A stretch of 64,000 bases of DNA from a virus: IMG/VR virus record IMGVR_UViG_3300034022_001261, one strand, 5' to 3'. The notes below the pieces were generated by a model. It was not told where the DNA came from, ran no database searches, and saw only the letters and a program-made list of their open reading frames with translations. The position numbers were made by a program, and so were the translations under genes. Of the stretch, positions 37,807-47,800 are shown piece by piece; positions within the stretch are counted from its first letter, which is position 1; each line of letters starts with the position of its first letter.

Positions 37807-38976
37807 ATGCCTACTATTAATACTAAAACTAAAGAAGAGATAGTCTCTAGAATACTAAGTGCATTGGAAAGAAATGCTAGTATTAGCGCTACTTCTCCTG
37901 GTTCTATTGCAAGGGCTTTTGCAGAATCATTTGGAGCAGAGATGTTCTATTTATATGAATCATTTAAAGAAGCTATAAATCAAACCAATCTATCAACGGC
38001 TTCAGGTAGGTCCTTGGACTTGATTGGGGAACTCTATAATGTCCAAAGAAAGACCATATCAGATCAATTAATATTTGACAGATCTACTGCTAACATAGAA
38101 TTCTTTTTAGATATAGCTAGTTCTGGCGATGTCATTATCCCCAAAGGTACTTTAGTATATAATGATGTTGGCTCTTTCTCTTCCGCCCAATACTCTTACA
38201 CCTTAGTAGGAGATGTTGTAATCCTTTCTGGACTCAAGAAGGGCTATGGGGCTGTGCAGCCAAACTTTCAGTCTAACGATTACGTAGCTTCAGTTGGCTC
38301 ATTAACTAGGCATAATTATATTTCCCCTCCGGGATCCCTAGTATTTTGTTCTAATCCAAAAGAAATATATCCAGTCTTGAACTCTGAGTCAGACGATAAT
38401 TATAGAAGAAGAATTATTTCTTCAGTCAAAATAAATGCTACAGGAACTGCTGAAGCGTTAAGATTTGCTGCACTTTCCGTAAAGGGAGTTAAGGACATAA
38501 GAGTAAAGGAAGCTTCGTATGGGCTTGGCTCTTGTGATGTTATCATAGTTCCAGAGGTAGCTGGCAATATTGGAGTAATCCCACAAACCGTAACTAATAC
38601 CATAGCTCCTATTAGGCCAATTGGGATTAGAATGAATATAACCATGGCAGAACCGGTAGACTATTCACTACAAGCCGTTATAACGCTTCCTTATGGCACT
38701 GGAGAAAACCTTCGTGTAGGAGTACAAAACCAAGCTACCATTTTTGTTAAAAGATATCTTAATTCACTGACAATAGGAGATAGTGTTTCCATTCAAGAAA
38801 TAGAGGCTAGGATCAGATTATCTTCCGATTTAGTCAAAGCTGTCAATATAACAGCCGCTTCCGCTAAGGGGGTTAATGTCAATAGAAAAGATTTTAGGCC
38901 TTCATCTGAAAGAGAATATATAGTAGCTGGCAATATTAACATTTCTTCTGTTATAATAGGTGTATCTAATTACTAA
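37807..38976 (+). CDS. Baseplate J-like wedge protein
   Basis: PGSIARAFAE...TASGRSLDLIGELYNVQRK...VIIPKGTLV...ESDDNYRRRI...GTAEALRFAALSVKGV are hallmark baseplate J motifs. Confidence 0.85.
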   Translation: MPTINTKTKEEIVSRILSALERNASISATSPGSIARAFAESFGAEMFYLYESFKEAINQTNLSTASGRSLDLIGELYNVQRKTISDQLIFDRSTANIEFFLDIASSGDVIIPKGTLVYNDVGSFSSAQYSYTLVGDVVILSGLKKGYGAVQPNFQSNDYVASVGSLTRHNYISPPGSLVFCSNPKEIYPVLNSESDDNYRRRIISSVKINATGTAEALRFAALSVKGVKDIRVKEASYGLGSCDVIIVPEVAGNIGVIPQTVTNTIAPIRPIGIRMNITMAEPVDYSLQAVITLPYGTGENLRVGVQNQATIFVKRYLNSLTIGDSVSIQEIEARIRLSSDLVKAVNITAASAKGVNVNRKDFRPSSEREYIVAGNINISSVIIGVSNY

Positions 38977-38996
38977 AGAAAGATGGTTATATAACC

Positions 38997-40232
38997 ATGG
39001 CCGAAAAATATTTTTTGATCACAACCAACCACATAATTAAAGCACCTAACATGACGCAGGCTAAATTAGCCGTAGAGGGTGAAATGGATTTCTTGGGTGA
39101 AGTATTAAAGAACGATTCTCATTCTAAAGAGATACAAGCTGCAGAGGCATTCAAATTTGCTGGGTATAACACAGCTTCCGACATAGATGATGATGAGCCT
39201 GACGCATATGTAGACCTGGAAGATTCTCCAACTGAAGTTAATAGATTTGATTTTATTCGATCTGAGAATAAGAGATTAGCTAAATTAGCTGAAAAAAATA
39301 AGAACGTTAAAGATGAAGCTATACTAGCCGTTTACGAAGCAGCATATGATGCCTTCCTTGACTTTGATCTTCCCCCTATTAAGCAGAATGAAATTACTTC
39401 AGGAAAAGCTGGAGTAGGAGAAACTGCTGTTGCAGTCTTTGGAGACTGGCAGCTCGGCAAGGTTACCCCTAGTTATAACTCTGAGGTATTGGGACAAAGA
39501 ATAGAAGCCTATGCTGAAAAATTAGTAGAGATTACCAATATTCAAAGAACTCATCATCCAGTAGACAATCTTCATGTTTGGCTTTTGGGGGATATCGTTG
39601 AGGGTGAAGAAATATTCCCAGGGCAAAGTCACTTAATTGATTCAGGTTTGTACAGACAAGTTGGAGTTAATGGCCCTGAGATCCTTGGCAATTTCCTCAG
39701 AACCGCACTTCAGAACTTCAAGCATGTCCATGTGACTGGGGTCATAGGTAACCATGGAGCTGTTGGTGGAAGAGCAAGAAAGCAGCATGACCCTGAGACT
39801 AATATGGACAGACTCCTTTATAAGATTGTCGAATTAATATTCAAAGATGAGCCTAGAATCACCTTTAATATTCCAGACGGTAAGGGCGAAAGAAACTTCT
39901 ACGCAGTAGACACTATTGGCAGCTATAGCTCCCTGCTTATCCACGGAGATCAAATGCCTGCACCAAGCGCTTCCTATGGTTACTATAAAAAGGTAATGGG
40001 ATGGAAAGATGGTGCTATCCCGGAGCATTTTGAAGATGTATTTATGGGGCATTATCACCAGCAGGTGAAGATGACTATAGGTAGTAGTCTTTTGAGAATT
40101 TCTGGCTCTCCAGAAAGTCACAACACCTATGCTCAAGAGTATTTCTCCTCTATGAGTAGACCATGTCAGCACTTAATGTTTGTCCACCCAGATAATGGAG
40201 TTACTTCAGAGTACTCAATCTGGCTAGACTAA
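38997..40232 (+). CDS. Calcineurin-like metallophosphoesterase with N-terminal acidic/coiled-coil extension
   Basis: All five metal-binding motifs present: FGDWQLG, LLGDIVEGE, GNHG, IHGD, MGHYHQ. Confidence 0.85.
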   Translation: MAEKYFLITTNHIIKAPNMTQAKLAVEGEMDFLGEVLKNDSHSKEIQAAEAFKFAGYNTASDIDDDEPDAYVDLEDSPTEVNRFDFIRSENKRLAKLAEKNKNVKDEAILAVYEAAYDAFLDFDLPPIKQNEITSGKAGVGETAVAVFGDWQLGKVTPSYNSEVLGQRIEAYAEKLVEITNIQRTHHPVDNLHVWLLGDIVEGEEIFPGQSHLIDSGLYRQVGVNGPEILGNFLRTALQNFKHVHVTGVIGNHGAVGGRARKQHDPETNMDRLLYKIVELIFKDEPRITFNIPDGKGERNFYAVDTIGSYSSLLIHGDQMPAPSASYGYYKKVMGWKDGAIPEHFEDVFMGHYHQQVKMTIGSSLLRISGSPESHNTYAQEYFSSMSRPCQHLMFVHPDNGVTSEYSIWLD

Positions 40233-40251
40233 CCTCGAAAGGCATCTGTAG

Positions 40252-43200
40252 ATGAAACAATATATATTAGCCTTAAGAAGTCTTGACTTTATTAAGTCTG
40301 GTAAGAGTTGGTCTACTGGATCTATCGACTTATACAATAACAAGTCCTATACCAACTACTCTATTACTAGATCAAGATTTGGTATAGATGAACTTGGAGA
40401 TAGAACTTTTGTTGGCACACAGATAGTCCAAGATGCTACGCCAAGCGTAACTGTATCCGGGCTAGAAGCTGAGACAGTTACTAATTATGGCGAAATAGTC
40501 AAAGAAGCAGGAGTTATATCCTATAGTGTATTTGACTATAATGAAAATATTGGTCAGTATTTCATCTTTACTACAGGGGACCAAGCTACACCTTATTATG
40601 TATTGCAGGGATCACAAACGCCTGATCTATTTAGGTTTGTTGATACAAGCTCGCAAATAGACATACTAAGCTACAAAGCTGCATTCACAAATATAAATGC
40701 AAAAGATGCTCCAACATATACTATAAAAGTTTATGAAGGAGATGCTGCAGAGGGTCCATGGATGCTCTCTTCCATTTCTTCAGATGTAGGGACTCTATTC
40801 ATCAGTAATGCTAAGCGTTACTCTAAGTTTGAAGTAGAAGTAGAATCTGAGCTAGAGCCATCTGATGTAGAAAATTTTGGTTTTGTTTTATTAGTCCAAG
40901 TATCAATAGCAGACCCAATACCCCCGGTGCTAGGTAAGAGCGCTAAAAACATCTTGGCAAGATTTCCATCTTGGATGAAAATGTATGAAGACTCTATGGA
41001 CCAAGCTACTCCTGATCTATATGTTCCTCAAACTGTAGCTGGAAAGTTTATCAATGCGCTTATTGCTGACTACCCAGAAGACTTTGAAAAACAAAAAGAT
41101 TTATTTGGATTAGATAAAGCTATATCTACAGCTGATACCGATCAATTATCTTGGATTTATTCTATAACAGATGTCCCGCCTAACCACACAAGTGTTACCG
41201 GCGAAGGTTTAGTCTCCCTATCTAAACTTAGTTCCATAGAAGATCTTTACGAATCCAGAAAAGGCGACCTCTGTTACTACTATAATCCAGTAGACAGGGA
41301 AATGTTTACAGTTACATTATTCCCTTATTTGAGCATAGATGGAAAGTCCTATAATCAAAATCCAATTCTTAGATGGAACTGGTTTGATGAATTTGGAACT
41401 CGAGTTGGTTTAAAAAGACTGTACTTAGAAAGTAATGATAATTTTAGATTAAGAATTCTTGATGTATATCAAAACCTTCCAGGAGTTTCTTCTGATAGCT
41501 TTAAGTTAACTCTTCGTCGCGAGCTAGACATATGGTCTGCCTATGGAGCAACCCCTGATTCTGATTATCTTGGAGCTACCCCAGAGATAATTGAAATTGA
41601 AGACATGGAAACTAGTACTCCGTACTTCTCTTTCGCTGGAAATCCTCAACCTGAGTTTAAGAACTTTGTTAAAAATTTAAATGAAAAATACCCAGTTAAC
41701 TGGGGATATGTTAAATGGGATAATGGTTTTTGGGATTATGCTGGAAAAGATCAAACTGGAATTGGAAGAATAAAAGCTTCCTATGATGACAGCGCAAGCC
41801 CTTTTGGAACTTATTATCAAGCTGGAGTAGGCGACAATAATGATGCGCTGATCATGGTAAAGGAACCGATTGAATCTAATATAGATTTTTCCGCTAAGTT
41901 TAAAGCTCATGGGATTCGTAAAACTGGAGTAGAAGATGTATATTCCCCTATTGCTGTTAATTATGAGTATTACGGATCCTATTATCAAACAGTGTATGAG
42001 AATACTTCAGCAACAGCAAATTTTGATTATGCGTTAATTTTACCGCCGCATGCTTCTCATGCTAGCCCATCTGTCTACCATGCCACGATCAATACTTTCC
42101 CGACAAACTCTTACTCTCCAACTCATTCCTCTAGTCCTGAATACAGTATTACTAAAATTTTTGATGCAGAAGGAAATAGTATAGATGGAATTAATTTTTA
42201 TAACAGAGTAACTGGAGAACTATATAATGACTCTACCGCAACTCCTGCTACAAGTAAGGTTAACTTCTACTACGCTACAGAACTATCCGCAACTCCAATG
42301 CTCGGTTCTGCTGATTCCCATATAAAGTTTGCTGACGCAACTCCTATTACATCTACTATAGGTACTCCCGTAAGAATAACTAAGCCGTACTTCACAACTA
42401 CTTCAGCTGATATTAAAGTTGTTTCAATTAAATACGATGCAGTGACAAAAAGATTTTATACTACTCCAAAAATACCAGGAAGTTTGGAAATTAATGCGAG
42501 TAACGATACGAGTGTTACTAAAGATTTTACTTTAGACAAAAACTTTATACAAAATAATATAGTGTTTCCTCCAGGGTCTACTCCTGAATACATCTATATA
42601 GACAATTCAACTCCTTTTGGATATTTTTCTGCAACACTGTATGAGGACACCGGACCTTTTAAGGGATTCGGCGGAGTTGCATACGATCCTAGTTCTGGAC
42701 TAGATCAAGTAATCCCTTCATCCCCCAATATAATTGCATCCTATCTTAGTCCAAACTTTGCTACTCCTACATTACATCCAGGGTATAGAGATACAACTGG
42801 TAGTACTGTTAACTATTACTTTACTTCTTTGCTGTATCCTTATGGGGCTACTCCAACATCAATAGTTTTTTCTAGCGCAGACAGTGCAAACTACCCATTT
42901 ACCGCAGATGTTCTAACTGAATTTACGGCGCACAGTACTCCAATGATAGATGGAACTGTTAATGAGTTTGGAGTTGTCAGAACCGATCCAGATAATAAAG
43001 ATGAAAACTTTACTCAAAACAGCAATCTAGTTGGAAGATATAATTTAAGTTATTCTGACTTTGGCATTGATGCGGTTAACTATAGAATCAAAAAAATAGA
43101 AGCAGTCAATGATGTAGACGGTGTGGATTTATCTTTGTCAAAAGAGTTTGTCTATAGAAATACTGATCAGAATATATACTTTGCTAACTCAATTATTGAA

Positions 43201-44889
43201 GATGAATTTAATAAAATTAATGGGGTAGAAGTTAGCGCTGAATATGAAGCTAAATATGATTCCTATATTCACACTGGTTGGTATAGTCAAAATGAAGAAG
43301 ATCATTATATCTATAGCGATCCAGTAGAGGAAGCTCATGTTACCCCAGGCTTCACTCTCTCCTTAGACGCAGTTGCATTACAAGGTGCTCCTATTATTGT
43401 TCAAAGAAATATAGCAACACCTGGCAGTACTACGATGAATAGTGCAACTCCAGAAACATTAAGAGAAGTAGTTTTCCCGGACCAAGCAACACCAACTACA
43501 CTCTCTTTAATTAATTACGAGACAATATACGCCAACGCAAGCAATAATATATACCTAGGTTATGAAGACGTATACGACGTAACAGTGGTAGATGCTATCA
43601 CTGGTTATACAGTTTTAAGCAATGGTCAAACAAAAACTAACGAGATACAGGCATTTTCTTCTGCAACTCCAGTGGTAAATGGAAGAGAATACAACGTTAC
43701 TTATAAGGTAAGAAATTCCTACTTAATAGATAATGATTATTATGATTCAATTAATCAAAAATATATTAGTAAAATGCAATTTGATTCTACTCCATCTACC
43801 GTGTATTCATACGACGTAACATACGAATCAAACTACGTTAATCAATCAACTCCAATTTCTTTGACTGTAGATCCTTTGCAATTGTGGGACCAAGAAGGTT
43901 TTGTCTACTTGAGTCACAATGACTATAATTTTAATACAGCTATTATTAATTTAAAACCGGAATATATTATTGATGATGGTGATGATTATACAACAATAAC
44001 AATCCAATCAGTTGATGTAAACGGAAACTCAAAACCTTATCAAACTTTTAGAATTACTGGTCCTTACATCACCGCTGATGCCCAGTATATCACTACTGAC
44101 ATTAATGGTTTTGCTTATACTAATATTAAGTACAACGGAGTTATGCCTTCTGCTACTCCTGGAAGTTATATTACAGTCTCTGGCGTAGTCAACGGATCAA
44201 ACAACGCACATGCAAATTCACAAACGCAAGGCTATATAACGGTACTAAATTTCGATATAGTCACTGAATATTCAATGCAAAATCTAATTAAAGCGATAGT
44301 AGACACTCCATCTATTAAGGCAGATGGCATAAGCCAACAGTATATTAGAGGAATTATAACATCTGGGGCTACTCCAGTATCTAATAATGTTATTTATTGG
44401 AGAAAAGGAAGAACTCTTTATGACATCTTTACAGACCAAGATTACTCCAACTACGTAAGATCTGACAGTAATGGCAACTTCTCAATAGGCCCAATTCAAG
44501 CTAGCTCTTCAAAAGACCCAGGTTATTGGATGGTTGCTGTGGAGTCAGCTCATTCGGTGACTCCATCTTCAACCCCAGTTACGGTATCAGGAGATATTGT
44601 ATATTGGTCTGAAAAATATGATAACTTAAATTATCATTCAGGAGGCGCTGTATTATATAATTCAAATGTACTATTAGGGTATGGAGCTAAGATGTCTTCT
44701 ACTCCTAACTTTACTTTAAATTATCATGATGCTTCAGACGCCACTGCCTATGCTGCCACTCCCAATTGGCTTCCGCCAAAATGGTATCCTCTAGACAGAG
44801 CAGAGCAGTATCAAATGGGACTGTTGGGTTCAACGCCTAATGTTATTAGTAGTTATGGTAAATTAATGAATGATTATGAGGAAGAATAA
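40252..44889 (+). CDS. Large baseplate/tail structural protein (1545 aa) with recurring [A/S]-T-P motifs
   Basis: Contains a wedge gpI-like segment (WNWFDEFGTRVGLKRLYLESNDNFRLRILDV) and Ig-like C-terminal segments (ITTDINGFAYTNIKY; RSDSNGNFSIGPI). 17 ATP and 9 STP tripeptides counted by hand. Confidence 0.55.
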   Translation: MKQYILALRSLDFIKSGKSWSTGSIDLYNNKSYTNYSITRSRFGIDELGDRTFVGTQIVQDATPSVTVSGLEAETVTNYGEIVKEAGVISYSVFDYNENIGQYFIFTTGDQATPYYVLQGSQTPDLFRFVDTSSQIDILSYKAAFTNINAKDAPTYTIKVYEGDAAEGPWMLSSISSDVGTLFISNAKRYSKFEVEVESELEPSDVENFGFVLLVQVSIADPIPPVLGKSAKNILARFPSWMKMYEDSMDQATPDLYVPQTVAGKFINALIADYPEDFEKQKDLFGLDKAISTADTDQLSWIYSITDVPPNHTSVTGEGLVSLSKLSSIEDLYESRKGDLCYYYNPVDREMFTVTLFPYLSIDGKSYNQNPILRWNWFDEFGTRVGLKRLYLESNDNFRLRILDVYQNLPGVSSDSFKLTLRRELDIWSAYGATPDSDYLGATPEIIEIEDMETSTPYFSFAGNPQPEFKNFVKNLNEKYPVNWGYVKWDNGFWDYAGKDQTGIGRIKASYDDSASPFGTYYQAGVGDNNDALIMVKEPIESNIDFSAKFKAHGIRKTGVEDVYSPIAVNYEYYGSYYQTVYENTSATANFDYALILPPHASHASPSVYHATINTFPTNSYSPTHSSSPEYSITKIFDAEGNSIDGINFYNRVTGELYNDSTATPATSKVNFYYATELSATPMLGSADSHIKFADATPITSTIGTPVRITKPYFTTTSADIKVVSIKYDAVTKRFYTTPKIPGSLEINASNDTSVTKDFTLDKNFIQNNIVFPPGSTPEYIYIDNSTPFGYFSATLYEDTGPFKGFGGVAYDPSSGLDQVIPSSPNIIASYLSPNFATPTLHPGYRDTTGSTVNYYFTSLLYPYGATPTSIVFSSADSANYPFTADVLTEFTAHSTPMIDGTVNEFGVVRTDPDNKDENFTQNSNLVGRYNLSYSDFGIDAVNYRIKKIEAVNDVDGVDLSLSKEFVYRNTDQNIYFANSIIEDEFNKINGVEVSAEYEAKYDSYIHTGWYSQNEEDHYIYSDPVEEAHVTPGFTLSLDAVALQGAPIIVQRNIATPGSTTMNSATPETLREVVFPDQATPTTLSLINYETIYANASNNIYLGYEDVYDVTVVDAITGYTVLSNGQTKTNEIQAFSSATPVVNGREYNVTYKVRNSYLIDNDYYDSINQKYISKMQFDSTPSTVYSYDVTYESNYVNQSTPISLTVDPLQLWDQEGFVYLSHNDYNFNTAIINLKPEYIIDDGDDYTTITIQSVDVNGNSKPYQTFRITGPYITADAQYITTDINGFAYTNIKYNGVMPSATPGSYITVSGVVNGSNNAHANSQTQGYITVLNFDIVTEYSMQNLIKAIVDTPSIKADGISQQYIRGIITSGATPVSNNVIYWRKGRTLYDIFTDQDYSNYVRSDSNGNFSIGPIQASSSKDPGYWMVAVESAHSVTPSSTPVTVSGDIVYWSEKYDNLNYHSGGAVLYNSNVLLGYGAKMSSTPNFTLNYHDASDATAYAATPNWLPPKWYPLDRAEQYQMGLLGSTPNVISSYGKLMNDYEEE

Positions 44890-44891
44890 GT

Positions 44892-47800
44892 ATGAAAAAG
44901 TTTATTGATAAAACTAATTCCCTTAAAGAACCAGCTATTAAAACTGGTAACTTCGTGCCCCGTGATGCGGTTAATTTAGGTTGGTTTTCGGGCAGGGAAA
45001 TATCTCCTAAAAACAATATATCATTAGTAGATTTGTCTGGTTTGATCCCGGAAAATATGACTACAAGTAATCAGTCGGACAAATTAATGTATGCCAATGA
45101 ATTTGGTATATTAGAAGATGCCAATGGCAACACTCTTATTGACTCAGATGATATTTCTGTAAGTTCCATTTTCTTAAACGCTGAGACACTAGACAGCAAC
45201 TACACAGCTGCTGATATGAGTCAAAAAGCATTTGTCCACTCATACTATGTTAGTAGATTTTTTACCCTTATTCCTAGCAGATCTTATACATCGTCAGCAT
45301 TGACTAACTATTTAGAAGAAGAATACATACCAAATCATATTAAGGTTTTGGACGAAGAAGGAAAGCTATATGCCGACCCAATAACTGGAGCAAAAAAATA
45401 TAGAATATCACTTGAATCATTTGTGACTAAAGTCAATAAGGATTTAGAAAGTGTTCCTCATAGAATAATAGTTCTTATAGATAACCCAAACCCAACTAAT
45501 TTGAAAATTGTTTACGATAAAGTTGAAGTAAATCAGGATGGCACCTGGTTTGGTCAATATCTTAAATTTGAAGAAAATATAAATTCTGTAAAAATATTCT
45601 CTGAGACTAGAGAAGAAACCGAAACCATAGATCCATCTAATGGGGATATGATGAAATTTTCTATTAAAAGAAACAATAAAAGATCATTAGTAGATGGATT
45701 AAATTTAAATAATTCTGGCAATCAAATATACATCAATAGAAAAGCATTAGATGATAACAGAGTTTTTGAAATATTTAACTGGAGGCTAGTAGCAAAAATT
45801 AGTAATAGTGTTAATTTTTCTCAAGTAAATTATGGCCAAGAAACAACAGGTAATAATGTACTACAAAAGACTGTTAAGGTTGGAGTTTTATATTCATCAA
45901 ATGAAGGACTTGACTATAGCAAAGTCAAACCATACGTAGCACTCAACTTGCAAAATTCCGTATTCAATCTATCCGGTTATGATTTCGAAAATCCAAATGC
46001 AACCTCTTCAAATCTCAATGAAGGTAAGTACTGGCTAGTAGATATAGATACCGTAAGTGATCTATCCGATTATGACGTAATATTTTCTGCAGTGCATTGG
46101 AGACTTACCGATAGTCAATCTCAAAAAATGCGTGATTTTTATACCACAAATAATGGCACGCTAGTAATAGACGCAAGCCAATGTTCAGCTAATGATTTAA
46201 CAGCCCTTAATTCTAGCTTAACAATATCGTCTGCTTCAGCAACTATTAGCAACCCAACCTATGCTAGCGCAACTGAAGCAGGCAGTCTACTAACCGACAC
46301 CACTAAGAATAATGGTTTTTCCATATCAAATGCAGAATTTCAACAGGATTGCGGAATACATGGATATACAAGAAACATTGCAAATGAATATAAGAATTAT
46401 AAATACTTTACTAATTCAAGTGTAAATTCCATACTATCTAGTGGCGCAAATAAATTTAGTGTTTTAGTAAGAAATATCCCCATTACGAATAACCTATCAG
46501 CTGGCAATATTATAGCTTCTACTTTCCCCATATTTGATTACTGCAATAACATCTATTTGGGTAGCAATTTAAATCCTACTAATAATTACGGAGAAACCAG
46601 TATTAGTTTAGCCCAAGGAAGTGTTTTTTCTGACTTTGTAGAAGGACCTTATAAATTCCTCTACAACTGCATGCTTGTAGCAATCAATGACAGAATAGAA
46701 TCTTCGAGATCTGTAATTGACGTTAGATCTAGCGTGCATTATTTTACTACTGGCTGGAATAACAATTGGGTTATTAATTCAGATGTTCTCTATGATGAAG
46801 AAAAAACTCAATATTATGAAAATATCAATAACGCAGGTGTCAACATATATGCTAGAAATATATTAAATTCACCTAAAACTTATTATATAGAAGAAATAAA
46901 AAAAATAATAACAGCATATCAAGATAGATTTTTTGATGACAATGAAAACAATATATCATTTTATGTAGAGTATACTAACGCAAACGTTCAATGGACAAAC
47001 ACTATCCCTGTAACTGATTTAGAAAAAAATGAAATATCTTCTTCTTATCAGATAAGAAAAATCTCAAACAAAAATAGTAAATGTTATGCGTACACAGAAA
47101 AAGTTTCACCCGCATTTATAATTCCATCAGGTTTTGGGCCATATCAAATTAGAGCTAAAACAGTAACCAGTGCAGTAGATCCACTTTCTTCTTTCTCTAA
47201 TGTAGCTCCACAAAATTACCCATTTGAATTAAACTTAAGTCACTCTAAGATATCTGGCGGAGACAATCCGAAATCGTTTAGCGCTTCGATTAAAACTCTT
47301 TTGAAGGTAGAGTTTGAACAAACTAATTCCTGGAAACAAGAAGTAGATTCTAATATCGGAGGCAATCTTACAGTATCACGACAGAAAACAGCTGCCATAG
47401 CAAGAACACTTAAAGTAGCCGGCAGGGCTGAAGTCATAAACCCTCCTACTCCCGGGGCTACAAAACCTCTAGCTTACAGTGCCGAAGAAGTACAAACTAG
47501 CGAATCTGCAGATACATTGGCTTCTAGTAGTGATTACAATGCTTTTGTATATACTGGAGATATAGGGCAAGGTAATACTTGGGACGAGTACTTTCAGGGC
47601 AAGGGCTCAGGAACTTATGTTAGATACATAAAGCTAACCATGCACCACGCTGGTTACAATAAGAGTAGTCCGTCCAATGGTACATTTGATGCCTCTTTAT
47701 CAACTGAAGTAAAAGCATTTCAAAAAGCTAATGACCTTCCCGCTGATGGGATTATAGACTCTAGGACCAAAGAAGCAATGGCGTTCATTTGGTCAGGTAA

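Noticed and set aside
40252-44889. Reading the repeated ATP tripeptide as nucleotide-binding sites
   Set aside because: It is only a coincidence of one-letter code. No Walker A/B motif is present.
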